Positions 47,101 to 56,270 of a DNA stretch of 64,000 nucleotides are shown here, in pieces; the stretch's first letter is position 1; the number at the start of each line of letters is the position of its first letter. This DNA comes from a virus. Position numbers and translations under genes: made by a program. The notes under the pieces were generated by a model that was not told the DNA's origin, searched no databases, and worked only from the letters and a program-made list of their open reading frames with translations. The stretch is from positions 55,081 to 119,080 of the IMG/VR virus record IMGVR_UViG_3300005573_001011; one strand, written 5' to 3'.

Positions 47101-47988
47101 ATGGCTACAAGACCAGTAGCTTACGGCTCCAACGAAGTCTTCGTTGCAGTATATCAGCCAACGAACCCGCCCAACAGATATCCGTGGAAGCGTTATCTTA
47201 AATCGTACGACAATGAAGGCTCTTTAAATTGGTCAGTAGAAATTCCACAGTGGATCGAAGACTACTTTGACGTATTTACGATCGAGGCAGATTACGATGC
47301 GGTTTATACAGCTCAGTCATACTGGGAAGGTAGTGGTGGTTACGGAATAAGGAGGTTCTACAAGAGCAACGGTGCATTAGATTGGACAAGAAGTTTTACG
47401 AGTGACTACCCTCCATTACCAATATTCATGAAATCTTATGAAGGGTACTTGTATGTTGGGGGCCACTCAACGGCTGGAAGTTGCCCGTATGCCACAATAG
47501 ATAAAATAAATATATCTACAAAGAGTTTAGTCACTTACTATTATGTAAGTACTGCTAAGGATATGTCTTTCGATGTCAATTACCAAGGGGTTTTTGTAGC
47601 TTATCGTCATTCGACAACGTACGACGTCTATATCCAAAAGAGAGATCACAACTTTGGATCAGTTTGGCAATTAGTTCCTACGAAAGATTGGTATAGAGCT
47701 TATCCTCAAGCAGTTTTTGTAGACCCAGCTGGTTACGTGCATGTTAGATGCACAGAAGAAAATACTAGTGGAAGCAAGAACTTTCTACATTTTGTTGTAA
47801 GTCAAAGTGGTTCTTTGCTATATACTAAAAGACAAAGCCCCGCTTTTGCTTACGACTTTCGCTGCACTGGAACAGTTAAAGAAGTTAGTCTTGGAGCGAC
47901 TTGGGGTTGCGGCCTTCTTAGGTTAACTCCAACAAGCCCACAAGTAGGTTATATTTCTGTAAACTTCCCAACCTCTGGGCCATCTTAA
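47101..47988 (+). CDS. beta-propeller-like protein, paralogue of 46001-47089
   Basis: EGSLNWSVEIP vs DLVWSQEIP; RFYKSNGALDWT vs KFLKTDGSPSWT; AGGAGG RBS. Confidence 0.65.
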   Translation: MATRPVAYGSNEVFVAVYQPTNPPNRYPWKRYLKSYDNEGSLNWSVEIPQWIEDYFDVFTIEADYDAVYTAQSYWEGSGGYGIRRFYKSNGALDWTRSFTSDYPPLPIFMKSYEGYLYVGGHSTAGSCPYATIDKINISTKSLVTYYYVSTAKDMSFDVNYQGVFVAYRHSTTYDVYIQKRDHNFGSVWQLVPTKDWYRAYPQAVFVDPAGYVHVRCTEENTSGSKNFLHFVVSQSGSLLYTKRQSPAFAYDFRCTGTVKEVSLGATWGCGLLRLTPTSPQVGYISVNFPTSGPS

Positions 47989-48182
47989 TTCACTAGACAT
48001 GCTCTCTACGTTTAAAGAATGCTTCCAAACCACTCCGGAAGAAGTCTAGACACTCCTTTATTAAATGAATAAAGAATCAATTTAGAGTACAGAGAACAAA
48101 TAGTAAAGAATAGAATAGCATCTTACCTTCTTAGAGAATGGTAAAAACGCTGTTCTAAAAAACTGTAGAAAGGAGAAGAATA

Positions 48183-49634
48183 ATGCCAAGAAGACATCAT
48201 CCAGAGTTTAAGAAATTTATTGTTTCCAATATTACAATGCCAACAAGAGAAATGTATGAGATTGCTAGAGTCAAGTTTGGTTACTCTGGAACATACCAAT
48301 CATTTATTACTTTAGTTTCTTTGCTTCGCCCCAAACCGCAGTATCCGACAAGCGAAAACAGAGGATTAGTAAACTACATATCCTCTAATTTGTCTAAGCC
48401 AACAAGAGAGTTATATGCAGACGCAAAACGTGAGTTCGGTTATACTGGCAAGTATTCTACCTTTAGAGGTTTGCTTTGGAGAGTAAGGACCCATATAGAA
48501 GCAGAAAAAAGTCATGCTGAGTCAGGCAGTGTTTCAACTAACCAGAATGAAGCAAGTAATTTTTCTAGTTTCGAAACTTCGTTTGGGCCAAGAGGCAGAA
48601 AAGAACTCAGCCAAGAAGACTTTATTCGTATTCTGAAAGCTAAAAGAGGTCACGCCAAGATTCTAGATTTGTGCAAGTTTTTTGAGTGCACACCCGGCGA
48701 GCTACTTAGTCTTGTAGAAAAAGAAAGACAGAAAGGAGTCGAGATAATAGTAGACGACGACTTCGTTTCTCTTTCAGACGGAACAATTACTGAGCAACCA
48801 GCTCCGTTAACTGAACCTCTTAGTAAAGATAGGGAGATAAAATTTGCAGTCGTTAGTGATTTGCATTTCGGATCTAAGTCATGTCAGATAACAGCTCTTA
48901 ACGAGTTTTGTGAAGACTGTAGGAACGAAGGAGTGAAGATTATTTTAGTGGCTGGAGATTGTGTCGCTGGATACCAAGTTTATAAAGGACAGCAGTATGA
49001 AGTCTATGCCGAAACCGCTAACGAGCAAGAAGAATCTCTATTGAGAAATCTTCCAACTGGATTTGAGTGGTACATCATGGGCGGTAACCACGACCAATCT
49101 TTTATAAAGAACGGTGGTGGCCACAATCCACTTTTTGTTGTTGCAGCAAGAAGGCCAGATATCACTTTCTTAGGTTTTGAGCAAGTAATTGTTCCAGTTC
49201 TACATGGTGTGGATTTGCTTATGTGGCATCCGAGCGGAGGTGGGGCTTATGCTTTGTCGTATAAAATGCAAAAGTTTATAGAGCAAAACGCATTTAAAGA
49301 GCTTAAGAAGATTACTTCATCCAGCAAAGATAAGCCAACTCTGAGATTTGTGGTGGCGGGACACTTCCATACAATGATAATGGCTATGTTTGGAAGTATC
49401 TGTGGTCTCCATGCTGGTTGCTTCGAAGGTGAGACTAGCTTTACAAGGAGTCGCGGTTGGGTTCCCCAAATCGGTGGTTGGATAATACACGCTTGGCTGA
49501 ACTCAGAAGGAAATTTAGAGAGCTTTATTCCTAGATGGTATGCGAAACGTGAGATAGAGAACGACTGGAAGAATTTCATTCATTCTTATAAAGACGAAAC
49601 CACAAAATTAAAGAAGCCTTTGTTTGAGAAGTAA
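48183..49634 (+). CDS. calcineurin-like metallophosphoesterase with duplicated N-terminal helical domain
   Basis: SDLHFGS, AGD, GGNHD, HP, GHFH; N-terminal repeat PTRE(M/L)Y..A...FGY.G.Y..F twice. Confidence 0.85.
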   Translation: MPRRHHPEFKKFIVSNITMPTREMYEIARVKFGYSGTYQSFITLVSLLRPKPQYPTSENRGLVNYISSNLSKPTRELYADAKREFGYTGKYSTFRGLLWRVRTHIEAEKSHAESGSVSTNQNEASNFSSFETSFGPRGRKELSQEDFIRILKAKRGHAKILDLCKFFECTPGELLSLVEKERQKGVEIIVDDDFVSLSDGTITEQPAPLTEPLSKDREIKFAVVSDLHFGSKSCQITALNEFCEDCRNEGVKIILVAGDCVAGYQVYKGQQYEVYAETANEQEESLLRNLPTGFEWYIMGGNHDQSFIKNGGGHNPLFVVAARRPDITFLGFEQVIVPVLHGVDLLMWHPSGGGAYALSYKMQKFIEQNAFKELKKITSSSKDKPTLRFVVAGHFHTMIMAMFGSICGLHAGCFEGETSFTRSRGWVPQIGGWIIHAWLNSEGNLESFIPRWYAKREIENDWKNFIHSYKDETTKLKKPLFEK

Positions 49635-49690
49635 GGAAGAGGAGGAAAGATGTCAGGGTTCACTTAGCGCACTTATAGGAGGAGCTAACA

Positions 49691-50137
49691 ATGGTACAGC
49701 AAATAAAGTTACCGCATCCTCTTAAAGGTGTTTTCGAGCAAGACGAAGATGTCTTGCTCGCTCTTTTTTTATTTACTTACTATCGAGATGAAATTAGAGA
49801 TGCAAAAGTTGGTATCGCTTACGTTATAAAAAACCAAATGACACATCCAAGATGGTGGGGAAAAGATCTCAGTTCAGTTATTCGAAACTATGGTTTGAAA
49901 GATAGTAAAGAAATATTGTTTCCTTTTAGAGTTGCAGAACCGGAAGTGTGGGACGAATGCTTTCTTATAGCACAAGGAGTGTTAAACGAGACAATTACAA
50001 ATCCAATAGATTCGTGTGATACTTTCTTTCACGAAAAGAATGTGCCGAAACGCTGGTACGCTTTATCGAGACCTGGTGTCTTTTTTTGCAAGTTGGGTAA
50101 CATAAACTTTTATAATGTTGAGTTAAAAAATGGATGA
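49691..50137 (+). CDS. SleB/Hydrolase_2-like cell-wall hydrolase homologue, catalytic Glu apparently lost
   Basis: LLAL..TYYRDE..KVGIAYVIKN...PRWWG..L..V, NPI....FH, LGNINFY. Confidence 0.6.
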   Translation: MVQQIKLPHPLKGVFEQDEDVLLALFLFTYYRDEIRDAKVGIAYVIKNQMTHPRWWGKDLSSVIRNYGLKDSKEILFPFRVAEPEVWDECFLIAQGVLNETITNPIDSCDTFFHEKNVPKRWYALSRPGVFFCKLGNINFYNVELKNG

Positions 50138-50456
50138 AACTAAAACTAAAAGAGAGGCATACAAGTACTTCAAGAAACTCTTGAAAACTCTTGATTCTTT
50201 GCCGTCAAGGAAAATCGTTTTCAAGAAGTTGCAGAAACATACATATGGGTATACTCATTTTCTAGACTCAGGAGGAATCGAAAAAATAGAGATCGACCAC
50301 ACGAAAGGGGAACTGCTAGAAACTATTGTTCATGAACTCTTTCATGCAATGTCTATACAAAAAGAGTTAGTTCCAAAGCTAGAAGCTTGGTGGATTAAGT
50401 ATTCCTCTTGGAAACAGAAAAAAACTTTGCTACAAAAGTTTCTATCCAAAAAGTAG
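50130..50456 (+). CDS. small HExxH zincin-like protein
   Basis: YG..IEID..ETIVHELFHA. Confidence 0.65.
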   Translation: MDETKTKREAYKYFKKLLKTLDSLPSRKIVFKKLQKHTYGYTHFLDSGGIEKIEIDHTKGELLETIVHELFHAMSIQKELVPKLEAWWIKYSSWKQKKTLLQKFLSKK

Positions 50457-50457
50457 C

Positions 50458-50509
50458 AAAAAAAACTAGCTAGATAGCTTAAGAAGGTATCTAGCTAGTT
50501 TCTTTTTTT
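50458..50509. terminator. bidirectional terminator between convergent blocks
   Basis: A-run, AACTAGCTAGATA..TATCTAGCTAGTT stem, T-run. Confidence 0.85.
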
Positions 50510-51024
50510 CCTACGTACTCTGCTATAACTTCAGCTAAGCTGCTAGACAAGCTTTTTGCGAGTTCCAAAGCTTCTTCTATCGAACTGGTGTCCGTCGGGT
50601 AGTCTAACAGTAGTCTGTCGGACAAGCTTTTTGCGAGTTCCGAAGCTTCTTCTTTCGAACTAGTGTCCGTCAGGTAGTCTAGCAGTAGTCTGACAAATCT
50701 TTCGAGATCTTTCTTCCGGCTTTCTGTAGACGTTAGTAGAGTAAGTCGTAATGTAGCTTCGAGAGCAGTTTTACATACCAGAGGAAGGAAGAGTTCCGCA
50801 CTTTTATAGTCACCTCTTCTAGCAAGTATGTACAATGCTTTCTCAATATCCATGCCGGAAGATGTCTTTATGAGTCTCTTTAGCACTCTTCTGTCAAGGG
50901 TAATTTTCGTACTGTTCATTCTTTTGCAATTGTAGGGAGCAGATGCAGGATTATTCTCACAACGTGGTCTCACGATGCAGTTAAAGCATGCCGAACCATT
51001 GATTACGTACTTAAGTAAACTCAT
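50491..51024 (-). CDS. CxxCIxxPxC-module paralogue 7
   Basis: LKYVINGSACFNCIVRPRC; internal duplication LLDYxTDTSSxEEAxELAKSLS. Confidence 0.8.
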   Translation of the reverse strand: MSLLKYVINGSACFNCIVRPRCENNPASAPYNCKRMNSTKITLDRRVLKRLIKTSSGMDIEKALYILARRGDYKSAELFLPLVCKTALEATLRLTLLTSTESRKKDLERFVRLLLDYLTDTSSKEEASELAKSLSDRLLLDYPTDTSSIEEALELAKSLSSSLAEVIAEYVGKKETS

Positions 51025-51540
51025 TTACGTAGTTTCTCCTTCTAGAGCAGACAGGATAATTGCCCACTTAACTTCGTGAATACCTTCTGGTGAAAGACTT
51101 TCGAGGATCTCTCTTGACGTATGCTTTGCTAAAATCCGTACTGTATCGAGATTTCCAAACAGTAACGCATTTTTAAGTGCTTTGCCATTGTCAAAGTTAG
51201 GGTCAGCTCCTAGAGACAACAGTAACCGTATGAGCTCTTTATTAGCGTCTTTACTTATATCTATAAGTAAAGCACTAAGTTGTCTAGGGGTTCTTAACAG
51301 CTTGTTATCGACAAGCACGTCTTGAAAGATGTCAAAAGCTTGTTCTTGATGACGAGCAAGTACAATCGACAAAGCAACTCTTATTTCGGTTTCGCTTGCT
51401 TCAGATGCCAAGACCCTAAATGTCTTTTTGTCTACTTTATCGGAGTATACGTGGTGGCACTCACTTTTGCTTCTACATATGGGTCTGCTAATGCAGTCAA
51501 AGCAAGCTGTTTCAAGAGCGTAGATAACTAAATCATTCAT
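51025..51540 (-). CDS. CxxCIxxPxC-module paralogue 6 with ankyrin repeats
   Basis: CFDCISRPIC; LIRLLLSLGADPNFDNGKALKNALLFGNLDTVRIL. Confidence 0.85.
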   Translation of the reverse strand: MNDLVIYALETACFDCISRPICRSKSECHHVYSDKVDKKTFRVLASEASETEIRVALSIVLARHQEQAFDIFQDVLVDNKLLRTPRQLSALLIDISKDANKELIRLLLSLGADPNFDNGKALKNALLFGNLDTVRILAKHTSREILESLSPEGIHEVKWAIILSALEGETT

Positions 51541-51549
51541 TTTTCTTCC

Positions 51550-52359
51550 TTATGAGGCATTTTCTTCTAGTATTTTTTCTAACCGCTCTGGAATGAATAC
51601 GAACCCGATCCGTGTCCGTTTTTCGATAGACGGTTTCGCTCCGAACTTAAGTAGTAGTTTAACCGCTTCTTCACTACGACGTCGAAGAGCAACTCTAAGC
51701 GGCAAGTCTCTCGTATTGTTCGGGTTTGCCCCTTCTAGTAAAAGAGTTTCCATTAACTTCAGGTCAGGAATGTAAGTGGCAGAAGCAAGCAAGACATCTT
51801 TAATTTTGCTTAGAGTTCCATTCTTTTTTGCTATTTCATAAACTTGGTTGAGCAACGTTTTCGCATACTTAGAAAATCTCAAAGTGTAGACAAAAATCGT
51901 GTCTAGTGTAATTAGCTTTTCTTTAAGGAGTTTTTCAATCGTATCTGGGGATGCCGTTGCTGCTATAAACTTCTTTTGCTTGTTGCTGAACTTTCGTAAT
52001 ACTCTTTTTGGAATCTTTCTACTTTCTATTAGAGCAGCTAACAGCTCTCTTTTTGTCAAAGCCATTGGAGGAATAGAGAAAGTAGTACTAGTGTCAATCC
52101 CGTAGTCTAGAATTAGCTTCACTATATTAGGTAGTTTTCTTGAAACTGCAGCATGAAAAGCTGCTAACCTTTCTGCTGGGGTCGAGTTCTTAAGAAGTTC
52201 TTTTACAGTTTTTACATTAACTTTGCTGCTTCTCACACCACACTTTATTGTTGAACTGGGCAAAGTGATTGTTACGATATGGCAAGATGGTCTTATAATA
52301 CATTGCGAGCACTTTGGTGAGTATATGTACTCTGCTAGAGTTGTATTCGTTTTACTCAC
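51550..52359 (-). CDS. CxxCIxxPxC-module paralogue 5 with ankyrin repeats
   Basis: CSQCIIRPSC; IVKLILDYGID, LLLEGANPN..PLRVAL..AVKLLLKFGA. Confidence 0.85.
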   Translation of the reverse strand: MSKTNTTLAEYIYSPKCSQCIIRPSCHIVTITLPSSTIKCGVRSSKVNVKTVKELLKNSTPAERLAAFHAAVSRKLPNIVKLILDYGIDTSTTFSIPPMALTKRELLAALIESRKIPKRVLRKFSNKQKKFIAATASPDTIEKLLKEKLITLDTIFVYTLRFSKYAKTLLNQVYEIAKKNGTLSKIKDVLLASATYIPDLKLMETLLLEGANPNNTRDLPLRVALRRRSEEAVKLLLKFGAKPSIEKRTRIGFVFIPERLEKILEENAS

Positions 52360-52626
52360 TAAAAATCTCCTTTTCTTTTTGGGGTTGTAAGTATTCTATG
52401 GCTTCTGTATTATAACCTATTCCAGTCTGGTAGTTTACTACACTTATCGACTATAATTCTAACTTTTGCTGAGTCGAGTAACACTCTTATAGTATGTTCT
52501 GTAAGTATGCTGCTATCAATATTATTCGAGAAAAAATCTAAAGCGTAGCCTTACTAACCATCGTTTGGATTTGTTCTTTGTCAAAAAGACTTTGTAGTTT
52601 AGCGTTGCTATTCTCCATCATGAGTA

Positions 52627-52680
52627 AGAGCCTCCAACTAGGTGTAGAGCTACTTCTAGTTTAGGAGGCTCTTTTTTTTT
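52627..52680. terminator. hairpin with T-run
   Basis: AAGAGCCTCC..AACTAG / CTAGTT..GGAGGCTCTT followed by a T-run. Confidence 0.7.
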
Positions 52681-52731
52681 CGTAGTGTTCTAACTCTCGG
52701 TGCTAAAACATAACCACACACATTTTTCTCC

Positions 52732-53124
52732 TTAGTAAAACCTGAGAGTTGTCTTAGCTCTATAGTTTAAGTGAGTGGCTTTCTTCCACAATTCGGGTTT
52801 CCATTCTACTAACGCTTGCATCGCGATAGAAAGACTTTCTTTATTGTACTCTAAAGCCTCAATGATCGTCTCGTTTGGAACTGGATATCTCCGAAGTTCA
52901 TTTTCGAGCTGTCTTTGTTCGTACGCAATCTTCGCTAAGAACTTATAAACCGCAGGAGGAGTATAAGGCCAGTTCCAGAAAATGTAATCGTTAAGAGCTA
53001 CGTGAGTCTTTTGGATCAAGTCAAAAGCTCGGTCGTAATACTCTCTGGCGCTACATTGAGCGAAAGAAAGTGTTGCACACAAAATGCAAAAGCTAACTAT
53101 TAAGGGTAGTATAACTTTTTTCAT
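52732..53124 (-). CDS. exported hypothetical protein
   Basis: Signal peptide MKKVILPLIVSFCILCATLSFA; AGGAGG RBS. Confidence 0.75.
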   Translation of the reverse strand: MKKVILPLIVSFCILCATLSFAQCSAREYYDRAFDLIQKTHVALNDYIFWNWPYTPPAVYKFLAKIAYEQRQLENELRRYPVPNETIIEALEYNKESLSIAMQALVEWKPELWKKATHLNYRAKTTLRFY

Positions 53125-53187
53125 TTTTCCTCCTTTCTTTGTGCTAGTAATTGTGTGTAGTAATGTATAGGGTTCCAGGAAATGCGG

Positions 53188-54018
53188 TTATAATGTGGGT
53201 GTTAAAGAAGCTGCTGCCTGCAAAAGTGACTCTACTTGTTTCGTTATTACAGGAAAGCCTATCCTCTCTAGAATTTTTCCTGCATAAATATGCCCACCTT
53301 GGAGCAGGATTTCGTTCACTGCTACTGTATTGCAATAGCGAACTGCCTGCCACAAGAGGCTTTCTAAGTTAGGGTTCTCTTTTTCTTTTGCTTTAGCTAG
53401 TAAAAGTTTGGCCATCCTAGATGACCGTACGCAGCCAATGGTCGAAAGCACTAAGTTTCCAAAGGAGTCGTCTGAGACTACGCCTAAAAGAGTTTCTACT
53501 GCTTCTACTTCGTCGGTCGTAACTCCGTATTTGACTAACTCTCGTACGAACCATTTCATACTTGTACAGTCATCGTTGTAGCCAGTCTTGCATATCAGTG
53601 TTACTATCTGCAGGACAACTTTCTTTATGGTGCGTTTTCTCCTGAAGTGGAACTCACTTATGGCATTCTTAACTGCTTCTTGTTTAGCATTGTCTGAAAC
53701 ACCAAGAGATAGTATTTGTCTAGCTATATCTACCCTGCTACATGTAAAGTTCTCTACTGAAGCCAAAGTCCTCTCACGAGAGCTTTGAGAGGCTAGAGGT
53801 AAAAGTTCCATTATGATGTCTTTGTATGCTCTTTTGTCGACCATCAAGTAGTAAAGAGTCTCGTCGATTGTCTTTTGGTCTGCAGTTTTACTAAGATTTC
53901 TTACAATATCTAGCTTTAGCTTTCCCTTTCTTTTCGAGCAAGATTCTTTACAACGAGGTAGTGCTATACATTCGAAGCACTGCGGGAATCTGGCGTAAGT
54001 GTACAGATCACCGTACAT
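53188..54018 (-). CDS. CxxCIxxPxC-module paralogue 4, helical-repeat body
   Basis: LYTYARFPQCFECIALPRCKESC; LLPLASQ motif. Confidence 0.82.
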   Translation of the reverse strand: MYGDLYTYARFPQCFECIALPRCKESCSKRKGKLKLDIVRNLSKTADQKTIDETLYYLMVDKRAYKDIIMELLPLASQSSRERTLASVENFTCSRVDIARQILSLGVSDNAKQEAVKNAISEFHFRRKRTIKKVVLQIVTLICKTGYNDDCTSMKWFVRELVKYGVTTDEVEAVETLLGVVSDDSFGNLVLSTIGCVRSSRMAKLLLAKAKEKENPNLESLLWQAVRYCNTVAVNEILLQGGHIYAGKILERIGFPVITKQVESLLQAAASLTPTL

Positions 54019-54877
54019 TGTTCTTCTCCTTTGTAGACCTTAGTAGTGAGATAAGTCCTTCTTGATTGCTCTCTTTAAGAGTCAGTTCTACGAGTTCTTT
54101 AGTTGGTTCTTCTTCTAAAAGAGTTTTTAGAATATGAGTTTTTTGCTCTGCAACTAGCTGACGGACTACTGACTTCCATTCTAAGATGTCAGACTCACCA
54201 GGTTTGTTGCAGTTGCTAAGAATAAGTTTAACCATTTCCACAGTCTTCGCTCGGGGAATCAGAAACGCTAAGCTTCGGACTAGCGGCCCAAATTTTTTTA
54301 AGAAGGTCTTAGCTACTTTTATCATGTTTTCTTCGTCTGCATATTTGACTGCATATGTGAGAAGTGTTTCCATAGTCGCAATACCAAGACAAGGAAAGAA
54401 GTCATGGATATGGCTGAGAAGAAGCTCAATTAGTAGTACTGACTTCTTTTGTACAAGTTCCCGAACATATCGACCCCGGGCATTAGGAATAGCAGTAGTA
54501 AAAGATGCTATTGCATAGTCGAAACATTCTTTTTTCACTGTATCTGCTAGGTTCGTTGTTGTCAGAATGACTTTTAAGATGTCGAAGTCGTATCGAAGTG
54601 TCGCATCTTTTACTAAGTATTCTTTTTTCGCTTGCGAAGCTAGTGGAATCAGTTTCAATAGCACTTCTCTGTAAGTTCTTCTGTAGTAAAGATACTCTAC
54701 AGACATGTCGATCTCTCTTTTGTCGCATTCAGGACTTTTAAGTAACTCTTCTATAATGCTTTGTCTTATTTTGCGATTCCCGGCCTGTCTGCAGGAAAGC
54801 GTAGACATATACTTACATGCTGGTGATGAAATGCACTCGTAGCAGCCAGGACTTGTTATGTATTTATACAGATTCAC
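54008..54877 (-). CDS. CxxCIxxPxC-module paralogue 3
   Basis: LYKYITSPGCYECISSPAC; LIPLASQ motif. Confidence 0.82.
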   Translation of the reverse strand: MNLYKYITSPGCYECISSPACKYMSTLSCRQAGNRKIRQSIIEELLKSPECDKREIDMSVEYLYYRRTYREVLLKLIPLASQAKKEYLVKDATLRYDFDILKVILTTTNLADTVKKECFDYAIASFTTAIPNARGRYVRELVQKKSVLLIELLLSHIHDFFPCLGIATMETLLTYAVKYADEENMIKVAKTFLKKFGPLVRSLAFLIPRAKTVEMVKLILSNCNKPGESDILEWKSVVRQLVAEQKTHILKTLLEEEPTKELVELTLKESNQEGLISLLRSTKEKNNVR

Positions 54878-55490
54878 TGGTTAACTCCTTTCCGTTTGCT
54901 TCTCTTTTTTTGCCGAACTTCTCTAAAAACATTTTTGCTGTGTCTGTCCATCCTAACTGAGTTACGAAGGATAGAAGAGCTTTTGTCAACTTTTTTGGTA
55001 ACGAAAAGTGATAGCCATAGTTAAGTAAAAGTCTTATCGTTTCAGCGGCTGCTACAGCTCGATATTCTTCTTGTTCTCTCCAATTTCTTCTATATGACAA
55101 GTGAATTTCAACAGCTTCCGCTAATTTGACAGCGCACTTTCTAACTACTCTACTCGATATTCTTCCAGACTGCAAGATTCGTTCCACTATGTCTAAAGAT
55201 GAAAAGTACCATTCTTCTAGATACTCTTCTCTGACTTTTTGCGAAGCTAACGGGAGCAAATACGAGAGGACTTTTTTATAGTCTGTCCTATAAAGAAGGC
55301 CAAGAGATCTTCGTAAAGATCTTAAAACTTCGTTAATTTCTTTTTGCTTTGAATTTTTAGCTAGTTTTCTAACGACCAGCAACTTAGCATTTGTGTACGT
55401 AGCTCTTTTGCAAGAGTCTTGACTATTGCATACTGGTAAAGAAATACACTCGTAGCAACCGGGGCTTGCCATGTATTCATGTAAATTCAC
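54864..55490 (-). CDS. CxxCIxxPxC-module paralogue 2
   Basis: LHEYMASPGCYECISLPVCNSQDSC; close duplicate of 55494-56099. Confidence 0.82.
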   Translation of the reverse strand: MNLHEYMASPGCYECISLPVCNSQDSCKRATYTNAKLLVVRKLAKNSKQKEINEVLRSLRRSLGLLYRTDYKKVLSYLLPLASQKVREEYLEEWYFSSLDIVERILQSGRISSRVVRKCAVKLAEAVEIHLSYRRNWREQEEYRAVAAAETIRLLLNYGYHFSLPKKLTKALLSFVTQLGWTDTAKMFLEKFGKKREANGKELTSESV

Positions 55491-55493
55491 CGG

Positions 55494-56099
55494 CTACCTC
55501 CTTTTTCGTTTGGTTCTCTTTTTTGCGAACTTCTCTAAAAACATTTTTGCTGTGTCTGTCCATCCTAACTGAGTTACGAAGGATAGAAGAGCTCTTGCCA
55601 ATCTTTTGGATAGCGAAAACTGGTGCCCACAGTCAAGTAAAAGTTTTATCATTTGAGTGGCTGCTACAGCTGCTTTTCTCCATTCTTTTCTATATAACAA
55701 GTGCATTTCAACAAGTACCGCTAATTCGGTAGCACATTTTTCGACGGCCATACTCGACATTCTTCCAGACTGCAAGAATTGTTTTGCTAAATCTAAATCA
55801 AGATATAAAATGTGCCATTTTTCTAGGTACTCTTCTCTGACTTCTTGCGAAGCTAACGGAATCAAATACAAGAAGACTTTCTTATAGTCTCTTCTAAGAA
55901 TGCCGTACCATCTTTCTAGAAATCTTAAAGCTTCGTCAATTTCTTTTTGCGTTGAATTTTTAGCTAGTTTTCTGACGACCCCCAACTTAATTTTTGTGAG
56001 CATAGCCTTTTTGCAAGGGTTTTGACTATTGCATACTGGTAACAAAATGCACTCACAGCAACCATAAAATTTAATGTAGTCAGGCAAGTTTAAATTCAT
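55494..56099 (-). CDS. CxxCIxxPxC-module paralogue 1
   Basis: LPDYIKFYGCCECILLPVCNSQNPC; AAGGAG RBS; CTATATATATT motif upstream. Confidence 0.82.
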   Translation of the reverse strand: MNLNLPDYIKFYGCCECILLPVCNSQNPCKKAMLTKIKLGVVRKLAKNSTQKEIDEALRFLERWYGILRRDYKKVFLYLIPLASQEVREEYLEKWHILYLDLDLAKQFLQSGRMSSMAVEKCATELAVLVEMHLLYRKEWRKAAVAATQMIKLLLDCGHQFSLSKRLARALLSFVTQLGWTDTAKMFLEKFAKKRTKRKRR

Positions 56100-56137
56100 G
56101 CAATGCTCCTTTACAAGTTAGTACTTTCCAAGAAAGG

Positions 56138-56180
56138 AATATATATAGATTGCAGCCGCCTCTTTTTGCGGGAGAACAAA
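56138..56180. promoter_or_regulatory. divergent promoter region: CTATATATATT (minus, 56138-56148) and GAACAAA (plus, 56174-56180)
   Basis: Same back-to-back arrangement as 2374-2429. Confidence 0.6.
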
Positions 56181-56270
56181 TTAACAAGTGGTGGGTTAGC
56201 TGCCCTATGCGACTTTAAAAAAACTAAAACAAGTCTCTAGTCGCGAGACTTTAGAAAGGAGTAAGCTACC

